From PVC group bacterium (GTDB lineage Bacteria; Omnitrophota; Gorgyraeia; B26-G9), in contig JAAEQR010000072.1 of NCBI GenBank assembly GCA_024231215.1, positions 257,210 to 321,209 of the forward strand: DNA of 64,000 bases, read 5' to 3'. Below, piece after piece: positions 50,979 through 59,000 of this stretch. The position numbers were made by a program, and so were the translations under genes. Each line of letters starts with the position of its first letter. Within the stretch, counting starts at the first letter, position 1. The notes under the pieces are model-generated. The model worked only from the letters and a program-made list of their open reading frames with translations. It made no database searches and was not told the DNA's origin.

Positions 50979-51335
50979 ATGGATAATATTCAAAATAAAA
51001 GGCAATGTAAGAGAGGGCAGGTTCAAGATACTTCTGTTAGTCTGAGATCTCTAGACCCTTTGGTATGGTTTAAATTCTGGGGAGGTTCTGAGTGTTGTGT
51101 GCGCGATATAAGCCTTTTAGGGGTGGGATTGTGTTGTGATGAAAGGCTTCCGGTTGGGACCAGATTAAGCATTGATTTGAGGTTAGGTCGAAGGGAAAGC
51201 AATATTCGTATTTTTGGTCGCGTTGCTTGGACGGAAAAAACAAGAGATAATTACCGGGCGGGAGTGAGATTTTCTTGGTGGAAAGATGACCAGGATAAGA
51301 AAATACTAGACGATTTTGTAGAAAAATTGAATTGA
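50979..51335 (+). CDS. PilZ-domain protein (putative c-di-GMP receptor), ~118 aa, immediately downstream of the giant gene
   Basis: MDNIQNKRQCKRGQV contains RxxxR (RQCKR); VRDISLLGVGL is D-x-S-x-x-G. The track start 50925 overlaps the giant gene stop; ATG 50979 is the first start after the TAA at 50939-50941. Confidence 0.7.
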   Translation: MDNIQNKRQCKRGQVQDTSVSLRSLDPLVWFKFWGGSECCVRDISLLGVGLCCDERLPVGTRLSIDLRLGRRESNIRIFGRVAWTEKTRDNYRAGVRFSWWKDDQDKKILDDFVEKLN

Positions 51336-51572
51336 GTAAATTAAAAAATCCCATCGAATGATGCAACCTATTCATTTTAAATCAGTTATGTCTATAAAAA
51401 AAATGCATTTTTCTTTGCAATATCTTAAAGGTTATGGTATAATTAATAAATTTTGGGTAACTTATTAAAAGCGTTAAACAAAGTTCATAAAAACATATCA
51501 TTTAATATAATAGTATAGAAACAAGGTGTTTGACATATTTGATGGTAAACAATTGTTGAGAGGTTTTATACT

Positions 51573-53045
51573 TTGAAAGTAAAATTATTTGTATCTAAAA
51601 ATTTTAATGTAATAATATTTATGCTTATTTTGCTGTGTTTTTCTCATATGAATACATCAAAGTTGCAGTCGGGACTGTTTTTGTCTGTCATTGAAAAGGA
51701 TAAATCAATAGAGCATTCTAGTTTGAATTATTTTCCTTCGAATAATTTATTAAGTAAAGAAAGTTTTCTTGCTCCAGTTTTACAGATGCAAAAAGATGAA
51801 TTTAGGATAAATTTTTATAAAGATCTTTTTGTCGAGCAATACATTAAGAACTGGAGAGTAATAGAAGGTCTTCAAAGCAGGGAAGGTCGTAGAATCCAAC
51901 GAAAGGGTGGTTTGGAGAAGGTCAAAAAGTGGAATTTGTCATTGGGGTCTAAATGGAAAATTCCGGGGTTAGAAGAACAACTGAAACTAGAGATGCCATG
52001 GATACAGAGGCTGTGGTATCTTCCCGGGCTTAAGAAAGCGCTTGCGGACAAACACAGGGATATTAATCATAAACATCTTGAATTTCTGTTTGATTATTAT
52101 CCAGAAGATGCTATGGAGTGTGTGCGTATTGCAATTACAGATGATGGATTTTTGCTTTCTCCAAATTTATTGAAAGCTTTGAATGAAATTGGACCAAAAG
52201 CAAAAAGTGTAAGTGATCTTTTATATGGGGTTCTGCTTCATCGCTTTTTTGGTTTCGCGGATATTAAAAAAGTCAGAGAAATTATTAAAACAATTAATAT
52301 AGAAGACTTGTCGGCATTAGACTCTGTTCAAGCAGCAGATATGAGAGTAGTCGTAGAAACCTTAACTGCAATTGATTCTGAGCATCTTGCAGATTTGAGA
52401 CTCATTGCGATGGATAAAATAGTTGGGCTTATTCAGAAAATAAAACAAGCAGAAGATTGGCTGTCTGAGGCACGCAGATTTGAAACTAAATTATATGAGG
52501 AAGAAGAAGCTGAAAGTAACGTTCCGGTAAGAGAAATAAATCATCAGTTGATCTATATCGATGAGGAAATAAGAAAACAAACTGTATATGAAACCATATA
52601 TTCGGAAGGAACTCAGGATCCAGAATCCAAGTCGATTCCCTTAGACACAACGTTTGAGGCGGAGAAATTGCGTAAATGGGAGAAGGAGATACGAGAGGAT
52701 AAATCCTGGAAAGAAGTAGAAAGAATAAATAAAAAGGTTAAGGCTCAGGTTTTTGCTTTGGTAAAAAAGATTAGCGATGGTAAATATGAGATAAAGGGAG
52801 ATTTGAAAAGTGCTATAAGGCGTCTTCATGACAAAGCATCAAAGATAATGAATGCTTTTATTTTTACAGAAATAGATATGGTTCCGGCAGCTACATTTAT
52901 CCCGGATGAAAGTGAATCTAGAAGACTAGAATGTCTTGAAGTAATTGAAGGATTGTTCAGGTATTATGCTTTTGATACTAGTAGTACAAAATTTTCAGTT
53001 ACTGTTCCTTGGGCAGGTCTAAATAAGATTGAGCAATCAATTTAA
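51573..53045 (+). CDS. Hypothetical protein with N-terminal hydrophobic segment (490 aa)
   Basis: TTG start 11 nt after GAGAGG; N-terminus KVKLFVSKNFNVIIFMLILLCFSHMNTS. No recognised motifs; the start codon is uncertain (alternative ATG at 51621). Confidence 0.5.
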   Translation: MKVKLFVSKNFNVIIFMLILLCFSHMNTSKLQSGLFLSVIEKDKSIEHSSLNYFPSNNLLSKESFLAPVLQMQKDEFRINFYKDLFVEQYIKNWRVIEGLQSREGRRIQRKGGLEKVKKWNLSLGSKWKIPGLEEQLKLEMPWIQRLWYLPGLKKALADKHRDINHKHLEFLFDYYPEDAMECVRIAITDDGFLLSPNLLKALNEIGPKAKSVSDLLYGVLLHRFFGFADIKKVREIIKTINIEDLSALDSVQAADMRVVVETLTAIDSEHLADLRLIAMDKIVGLIQKIKQAEDWLSEARRFETKLYEEEEAESNVPVREINHQLIYIDEEIRKQTVYETIYSEGTQDPESKSIPLDTTFEAEKLRKWEKEIREDKSWKEVERINKKVKAQVFALVKKISDGKYEIKGDLKSAIRRLHDKASKIMNAFIFTEIDMVPAATFIPDESESRRLECLEVIEGLFRYYAFDTSSTKFSVTVPWAGLNKIEQSI

Positions 53046-53132
53046 GCAATAAAGGGACAATTTTTAGTGGTTGGATTTTTGCTTGTTCTCGCCCCATTAT
53101 TTGTTAAAACTTACCTATTATTAGAGTGTATC

Positions 53133-53161
53133 TTGACATCTATTATGTTTTATGATATAAA
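53133..53161 (+). promoter_or_regulatory. sigma70-like promoter: TTGACA - 17 nt - (TGa)TATAAA
   Basis: ttgaca at 53133-53138 and tataaa at 53156-53161 with TG upstream; same TTGACA..TTTATGATATA architecture as the giant-gene promoter. Confidence 0.5.
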
Positions 53162-53216
53162 AGAAAGCTCATATATGAATCTTACAAAAACCTATATATA
53201 GGAAGGAGAGGACTAA

Positions 53217-54677
53217 ATGAGTGTTAAACACTATGCTACTGCCCCGGAAGATCGCATTGCTATTCTTCAAAAAGTTGCTTATGGTTTGGGAATGTTATGT
53301 AATAATTTAATCCCTGCGGCACTTGGGTGTATGGCAGTTGTCCTTAATTTAGGCTTAGGTATGAATCCTGCCTTAATAGGCTATATAATGTCTTTTCCTC
53401 GGTTGGTCGATGCTTTTACTGATCCTGTCATGGGTTATGTTTCTGATAATACAAAATCACGTTTTGGCCGGCGCAGGCCATATATCTTTTTTGGAGCAAT
53501 TCTTTCAGGAGTCATATTTGCTTTAATTTGGCAGCTTGGTGCTGGTCATAGTGAAATGTTCTATTTCTGGTTTTTCCTGATTGGATGTATTCTTTTATTT
53601 GTTGGTACTACTGTTTTTGCTACACCTTTTATTGCCTTTGGCTATGAAATGACTCCGGATTATCATGAGAGAACAAGAGTTATGGCTTGGGCTAATTGGT
53701 TTGGACAGATTCCTTGGCTGTTGTGCCCGTGGTTCTGGTGGATAATGGCTAATAAGAATTTCTTTGAGACTTCGGTTGACGGAGCCAGAGCTATAGCTCT
53801 AGGTGTGGGGGCAACAGTTGTTATCCTTGGGATAATGCCGGCTATTTTCTGTAAAGAACGCTATAAAAATACTGCTGGAACTGAAACTAAATCAGTTAAG
53901 GGCGCATTGGATAAAATTAAAGAATTTGGAACTGGATTTGTTAATACAATTAAAGTTCCGCCTTTCCTTAAGTTGTGTACAGCCACCTTCTTTCTTTTTA
54001 ATGGATTTATGCTTGTTTCTGGATTAGGGATGTATGTATTAATCTATTATTTATTTGGTGGAGATACGGTAATGGGAGGTAAGTATAGTGGACTTTTTGG
54101 CACTACCTCTGCTCTTTCAACAATATTTATTGTTATTCCGCTTGTAACAAGGCTTTCAACGAAATTAGGTAAAAGAAAAGCATTTATTATATCAACATCT
54201 ATCTCTATCCTTGGATTTCTTATTAAATGGTGGTGTTTTAACCCAGAGTATGCGCATTTAATAGTATTTAAAGGGATATCGTTAATTCCATTATTACCGG
54301 CTGTTTTGATTTCCTTTGGGATTGGTGGGTTATTTACAACTGTCGGCGCAATGATGGCGGATACTTGTGATTTAGATGAATTAAGTAGTGGCAGTAGAAG
54401 AGAAGGGGTTTTTGGGGCTATTTATTGGTGGACAGTTAAATTAGGAATGTCTGTAGCTTTTGCATTGTCCGGGCATGTTCTTAATGCTACGGGGTTTAAT
54501 GTTGAATTAGGTACTGCTCAGGCAGCAAAAACACTATTAATGCTTAGAGTTTTTGATATTATAATTCCAATTATAACGTCAATAATAGCAATACTCGCAA
54601 TAGTTTTTTATAAAATTACTGAAGAAAGAGCGCATGAAATCCGGGCTGAACTTGAAAAACGGCGCGGAAAAAATTAG
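53217..54677 (+). CDS. MFS-type glycoside-pentoside-hexuronide (GPH):cation symporter family sugar transporter (MelB/GusB-like)
   Basis: GGAAGGAGAGG RBS. N-terminal signature YGLG..DAFTDPVMGYVSDNTKSRFGRRRPYIFFGAI (GPH-family D-x-x-T-D-P-x-x-G-x-x-S-D-x-T-x-x-R-x-G-R-R-R-P motif) and ~12 hydrophobic helices. Confidence 0.75.
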   Translation: MSVKHYATAPEDRIAILQKVAYGLGMLCNNLIPAALGCMAVVLNLGLGMNPALIGYIMSFPRLVDAFTDPVMGYVSDNTKSRFGRRRPYIFFGAILSGVIFALIWQLGAGHSEMFYFWFFLIGCILLFVGTTVFATPFIAFGYEMTPDYHERTRVMAWANWFGQIPWLLCPWFWWIMANKNFFETSVDGARAIALGVGATVVILGIMPAIFCKERYKNTAGTETKSVKGALDKIKEFGTGFVNTIKVPPFLKLCTATFFLFNGFMLVSGLGMYVLIYYLFGGDTVMGGKYSGLFGTTSALSTIFIVIPLVTRLSTKLGKRKAFIISTSISILGFLIKWWCFNPEYAHLIVFKGISLIPLLPAVLISFGIGGLFTTVGAMMADTCDLDELSSGSRREGVFGAIYWWTVKLGMSVAFALSGHVLNATGFNVELGTAQAAKTLLMLRVFDIIIPIITSIIAILAIVFYKITEERAHEIRAELEKRRGKN

Positions 54678-54691
54678 TTTGTTATAAAAGT

Positions 54692-56587
54692 ATGAGAACA
54701 TTCAAAATTATAGTTATCTTTTATTTGATGATATTTCTTGTAGCTGGGTATTGTTTTGCTGCGCCTGAGCCTACTTTTAAACTATATGATCAGGGTACAG
54801 AAGATATTGTTAATTATGAAGAGTATGGTGAATTTAAAAATATAGGTAAAGAAGGATATAAGTACAAACCTAAGAAACGAAAAGAATTATCTGCAGCAGT
54901 AGGTGAAGGGATATACCCGAATACAAAAAGCCTGTCTAAAGATCCTCAGTTCAAAAAATATAAAAAGAATAAAAAGCTTCTGGGCAGCCAATGGGCGTTT
55001 GTAAATAGTGCTGATTATCAGGCAAATTTTTATCGCTGGGCAATGGCAGCAGAAAGTCCAGGGGTGAAATTATTTTATACAGCTCAAGCTTTAGAGAATG
55101 CTGATCATATAAAGCACGCGATTAAAGCTTACTATGCATTGGTTGTGAATTTCCCAAAAGAGGTTGGTGTTACCTATTGGGGGACACCATGGTATGTAGG
55201 CCCGGCTTCCTTAGATAGAATCCTATATCTGACCCAAGAATATCCGGAATTAGGAATAAAACTTGTTGATGCTAAAATTAGCGTAGAAAACCGCTATGAT
55301 GATAATCGGCGTAACGATGTGTTCATGGTTAATCCGGGAAAATTAATACAGTGCGATCCTAGTGAAGTGATAGGTAAACCTGCTGATTTAAAGGTTCTTG
55401 ATGTCATTGAACGCAAAGATTTTGGTCAGGTAAGTTTAGTTAAATATGGCAATGGCCATTGGCAAATGCTTGTTGACGGTGAGCCGTTTATGATAAAAGG
55501 TGTTGCCTATCAACCAAGCATGATCGGTCAAAGCCCGGATATCGGGACTTTAGAAGACTGGTCGCATATGGATAAGAACAAGAACGCTAAAATTGACAGT
55601 CCGTATGATGCTTGGGTTGATAAAAATAAAAACAATATTCAAGACGATAATGAGCCATCAATCGGTGATTTTCAGTTGTTGAAAGATATGGGCGCAAATG
55701 TGTTCAGAATTTATCATCATGATTTTGTCGGGAATAAAAAGATATTCCAGGATTTATATAAAAATTACGGTATTCGCATTATAATCGGAGATTTTTTAGG
55801 AATGTATGCCGTTGGTTCCAAGGCTTCCTGGGATCCCGGAACCAATTATTCTGATCCGCAGCAGCAGAGGAATATGCTTGATTCGGTAATGAAAATGGTT
55901 AATGATTACAAGGACGAACCTTGTGTATTAATGTGGGTTTTTGGAAATGAAAATAATTACGGCACAGCGAATAATTCAGGAGAAGAACCTGAAGCATACT
56001 ATCATTTTGTTAATGAGGTAGCAAAGAAAATAAAAGAAGTTGATCCCCATCATCCGGTAGCAATTTGTAATGGAGATATACATTTTCTTGATATTTTTGC
56101 CCAGCAGTGTCCGGATGTAGATATATTTGGGGTTAATTCATATCGGGGCAAACATGGATTTGGTTATTATAATTTTTGGCTTCCGATTAAAGAAATTGCC
56201 GATAAACCTGTACTGGTTACCGAATATGGGTGTCCTGCTTACGGCCATAAGTACAGTCGTGATTACGCAGAGAATTTTCAGGCTGAATATCTTGTGAATA
56301 ATTGGATGGATATGGTTGATAATAGTGCCGGTTCCGGATCGGGCAATGCCATTGGTGGGGCTTTGTTTGAATATCTGGATGAATGGTGGAAAACAGGAGC
56401 ACCTCCCGGATATCCGGACATCATTCAAGATGTAGTGCCTAATGTGGGAGGGCCTTATGTTGATGGCTGGTATTATGAGGAATGGTTTGGGATAGTTAGC
56501 CAGGGAGACGGTACAGATTCTCCGTTTATGCGTCAATTAAGAAAAGCATATTTTGAGTTACAGAAAATTTGGAAAGAAGAAGAATGA
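54692..56587 (+). CDS. Secreted clan GH-A glycoside hydrolase (GH2/GH5-like TIM barrel)
   Basis: Signal peptide MRTFKIIVIFYLMIFLVAGYCFA. Catalytic-type motifs VLMWVFGNENNY (acid/base NE(P)-like) and KPVLVTEYGCPAY (TEYG nucleophile-like), plus GANVFRIYHH and EWWKTG. The stop overlaps the next gene's ATG (ATGA). Confidence 0.65.
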   Translation: MRTFKIIVIFYLMIFLVAGYCFAAPEPTFKLYDQGTEDIVNYEEYGEFKNIGKEGYKYKPKKRKELSAAVGEGIYPNTKSLSKDPQFKKYKKNKKLLGSQWAFVNSADYQANFYRWAMAAESPGVKLFYTAQALENADHIKHAIKAYYALVVNFPKEVGVTYWGTPWYVGPASLDRILYLTQEYPELGIKLVDAKISVENRYDDNRRNDVFMVNPGKLIQCDPSEVIGKPADLKVLDVIERKDFGQVSLVKYGNGHWQMLVDGEPFMIKGVAYQPSMIGQSPDIGTLEDWSHMDKNKNAKIDSPYDAWVDKNKNNIQDDNEPSIGDFQLLKDMGANVFRIYHHDFVGNKKIFQDLYKNYGIRIIIGDFLGMYAVGSKASWDPGTNYSDPQQQRNMLDSVMKMVNDYKDEPCVLMWVFGNENNYGTANNSGEEPEAYYHFVNEVAKKIKEVDPHHPVAICNGDIHFLDIFAQQCPDVDIFGVNSYRGKHGFGYYNFWLPIKEIADKPVLVTEYGCPAYGHKYSRDYAENFQAEYLVNNWMDMVDNSAGSGSGNAIGGALFEYLDEWWKTGAPPGYPDIIQDVVPNVGGPYVDGWYYEEWFGIVSQGDGTDSPFMRQLRKAYFELQKIWKEEE

Positions 56588-57243
56588 AGAAAAAAAATAA
56601 TATAGTCAATAGAAAAAAAATAAATATAATGGTGGTTTTTTTTGTTATTTGTTTTTTATTTTCTCTATGGACTATAAGCTATGAGCCATGGACTTCTCTT
56701 TCTTTTGCTCAGGAGGAAGTGAAAGAAGAAGAAATAAAGCAGGTTTTTGTCTATGCGGATAAGGATTCTGAGAAAAATAGTTTTTCCCCCTCAGAATGGA
56801 TAGCTGATGGAGAGGATTTGAGTTTCGATGGCGGTTGGGAAAAAGATCCGCAGCAGGGAAAGACTTGCATAAAAATAGATTATAAGGCAGCTGGTAATTT
56901 TGGTTGGGCGGGGATATACTGGGTTAATCCAAAAGGGAATTGGGGTAATCAAAAAGGGGGGTATGATCTTCGTTTTGCTAAAAAGCTTACATTTTGGGTG
57001 CGCGGTGAAAAGGGTGGCGAATATATTGCGGGATTTAAATTCGGGGGGTTAAAAGGAGTCTTCCCGGATTCAGATAACCATGGTATCGGCCCCATAACGT
57101 TAACCGAACAATGGCAAGAATTAAGCATAGATATATCTCAAAGAAACATGAAATATATCAGTGCCGGGTTTAGTTTTGCCATTACTAAAGCCCATAATCG
57201 CAATGGTTGCACTTTTTATATAGATAATATAAAATATGAATAA
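56584..57243 (+). CDS. Secreted beta-sandwich/CBM-like protein, tandem paralogue A
   Basis: ATG 56584 overlaps TGA 56585-56587, suggesting translational coupling. Hydrophobic N-terminus VVFFVICFLFSLWTIS. Conserved with B and C: KTCIKIDYKAAGNFGWAGIYW, LTFWVRGEKGGE, FKFGG, GIGPITLTEQWQELSIDIS, CTFYIDNIKYE. Confidence 0.65.
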   Translation: MKKKNNIVNRKKINIMVVFFVICFLFSLWTISYEPWTSLSFAQEEVKEEEIKQVFVYADKDSEKNSFSPSEWIADGEDLSFDGGWEKDPQQGKTCIKIDYKAAGNFGWAGIYWVNPKGNWGNQKGGYDLRFAKKLTFWVRGEKGGEYIAGFKFGGLKGVFPDSDNHGIGPITLTEQWQELSIDISQRNMKYISAGFSFAITKAHNRNGCTFYIDNIKYE

Positions 57244-57283
57244 AGATATCCGCTACAAAAATCGGCGGATCCAATTTGTGTAG

Positions 57284-57313
57284 ATCATTTAGTTCATAAA
57301 GTCGCTAAATGAT
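57284..57313 (+). promoter_or_regulatory. Conserved 5'-UTR stem-loop upstream of CBM-like paralogue B
   Basis: atcatttag / ctaaatgat, a 9-bp stem with 12-nt loop ttcataaagtcg, ~15 nt upstream of the AAGGAGG RBS. Preceded by a second hairpin atccgc..gcggat (57248-57270). Confidence 0.5.
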
Positions 57314-57343
57314 GTGCTTATTAGAGAAAGGAGGAGCAAGGTG

Positions 57344-57991
57344 ATGAAAAAATTAAGTTGGATTGTAGTAGTAATGATTTTGGGATTATTCTTGAGCTTG
57401 AATGTTCAAGCGCAGGATATGGCTGAGGATTATGAAGAAGAGGAATTAGTTGGTAGACCGGCAAAGTTTGTAGATGGGGTTTTTGGGGTTTATTATGATC
57501 GGGGTAATCGTCAGAATCATTATATCCCATCGGGCTGGATGGGTGATCATGGTGATATCAAGATGAATGAGAATTGTAAAGAGAACCCGCATAGCGGCAA
57601 GAGCTGTATAAAGTTTACCTATACCGCAGAAGGCAAGCAGGGGGCGAATTGGTGTGGAGTAGCTTGGCAGAACCCGGCAAATAACTGGGGTGAAAAAAAT
57701 GGCGGAAAAGACTTGACTGGAGCAACAAAGCTGACTTTCTGGGCCCGAGGGGAACAGGGAAATGAACGCATACTGGAGTTTAAATTCGGCGGTATCGGAG
57801 GAACTTATGCGGATTCTGATTCTATGGGTATTGGACCAATTGATGTTACTACAGAGTGGCAGCAATATACTATAGACTTAACGGATACTGACTTATCTTA
57901 TATTATTGGAGGCTTCTGTTGGTCGACAAATGCGGATGCTAATCCTGATGGATGTGTTTTTTATCTTGATGATATCCAATATGAAAAATAA
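57344..57991 (+). CDS. Secreted beta-sandwich/CBM-like protein, tandem paralogue B
   Basis: AAGGAGG 9 nt before ATG 57344 (MKKLSWIVVVMILGLFLSLNVQAQD). ~75% identical to paralogue C: KSCIKFTYT..GKQGANWCGV.WQNP.NNWGEK.GG, KLTFWARGE, GIGP.D.TTEWQQYTIDLTD, C..YLDDIQYE. Confidence 0.75.
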   Translation: MKKLSWIVVVMILGLFLSLNVQAQDMAEDYEEEELVGRPAKFVDGVFGVYYDRGNRQNHYIPSGWMGDHGDIKMNENCKENPHSGKSCIKFTYTAEGKQGANWCGVAWQNPANNWGEKNGGKDLTGATKLTFWARGEQGNERILEFKFGGIGGTYADSDSMGIGPIDVTTEWQQYTIDLTDTDLSYIIGGFCWSTNADANPDGCVFYLDDIQYEK

Positions 57992-58023
57992 TTATTGAAA
58001 AATCTAGGTTAGATTGATTATAA

Positions 58024-58062
58024 AAGGGTAGGGGTTAGAATAGTAGCTTCTACCCTTTTTAA
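58024..58062 (+). terminator. Rho-independent terminator (repeated element, copy 1)
   Basis: aagggtag / ctaccctt stem with 18-nt loop gggttagaatagtagctt, followed by ttttt. Confidence 0.6.
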
Positions 58063-58183
58063 TAGTAAGGGGTGTTAGTTCACAGAACAGAGAGGGTTGC
58101 ATTTTTTTTATAGATGATATAAAATAAAGAACAATAGAAATAGGTTGTTTTGCCAAAAGACTTGGCAGATTTAATTCGCGTAG

Positions 58184-58215
58184 ATTACTTAGCTTTACGT
58201 TGTTCGCTAAGTAAT
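58184..58215 (+). promoter_or_regulatory. Conserved 5'-UTR stem-loop upstream of CBM-like paralogue C
   Basis: attacttagc / gctaagtaat, a perfect 10-bp stem with 12-nt loop tttacgttgttc, ~15 nt upstream of the AAGGAGG RBS. Preceded by a second hairpin tgccaa..ttggca (58151-58168). Same stem/loop geometry as 57284-57313 with covarying sequence. Confidence 0.5.
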
Positions 58216-58243
58216 GCGTTTATTAAAGAAAGGAGGCAAAGGA

Positions 58244-58879
58244 ATGCAAAAGATTAAAATTTTACTAGTGATGCTTATTGCTAGTTTGATACTGAGTGTT
58301 AATGTACAGGCTCAGGATGATAATTACGAGGAATTAATTGGTAGGCCGGGAAAGTTTGTAGACGGGGTATTCGGAGTATACTTTGACCGGGGTAATCGTC
58401 AGAATCATTTTTGTCCTTCAGGCTGGATGGGCGATTTTGGCGATGTAAAGATGAATGAAAAATGGACAGATAACCCGCATAGCGGCAAGAGCTGTATAAA
58501 GTTTACTTATACGGGAAAAGGCAAGCAGGGTGCAAATTGGTGTGGCGTGTTCTGGCAGAATCCTCCAAATAACTGGGGTGAAAAAAAGGGTGGTTTCGAC
58601 TTGAGCGAAGCGACAAAACTTACTTTCTGGGCCAGAGGAGAAACAGGCAAAGAACGTATTCAGGAATTTAAAATGGGTGGTATTGGCGGGACTTATTCGG
58701 ATTCTGATTCGGCTGGAATCGGTCCGGTTGATCTGACTACAGAGTGGCAGCAATATACGATTGATCTTACTGATGTTGATCTTACATATGTTAACGGTGG
58801 TTTTTGCTGGTCAACTAATATTGATGCTAATCCGGAAGGATGTGTGTTATACTTGGATGATATTCAATACGAACAGTAA
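58244..58879 (+). CDS. Secreted beta-sandwich/CBM-like protein, tandem paralogue C
   Basis: AAGGAGG before ATG 58244 (MQKIKILLVMLIASLILSVNVQAQD); see paralogue B. Confidence 0.75.
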   Translation: MQKIKILLVMLIASLILSVNVQAQDDNYEELIGRPGKFVDGVFGVYFDRGNRQNHFCPSGWMGDFGDVKMNEKWTDNPHSGKSCIKFTYTGKGKQGANWCGVFWQNPPNNWGEKKGGFDLSEATKLTFWARGETGKERIQEFKMGGIGGTYSDSDSAGIGPVDLTTEWQQYTIDLTDVDLTYVNGGFCWSTNIDANPEGCVLYLDDIQYEQ

Positions 58880-58915
58880 TTGTGGGGGGAAGAATAGTCA
58901 ATATATAGATTTGTA

Positions 58916-58955
58916 AAGGGTAGGGGTTAGGGGAAAAGCTTCTACCCCTTATTTA
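58916..58955 (+). terminator. Probable terminator (repeated element, copy 2)
   Basis: gggtag / ctaccc stem with loop gggttaggggaaaagctt (same GGGTTAG..AGCTT loop core as copy 1), followed by a weaker cttattta T-tract. Confidence 0.45.
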
Positions 58956-59000
58956 TAATTAAGGGAGTTTTTTAAGAAGGGAAAATAAAGGGAATTTATA

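Noticed and set aside
56138-56536. Minus-strand ORFs 56138..56536 and 56217..56402 inside the GH gene, and 57321..57865 and 58418..58753 inside the CBM-like genes
   Set aside because: Antisense shadow ORFs within well-supported + strand genes. No RBS, and odd composition.
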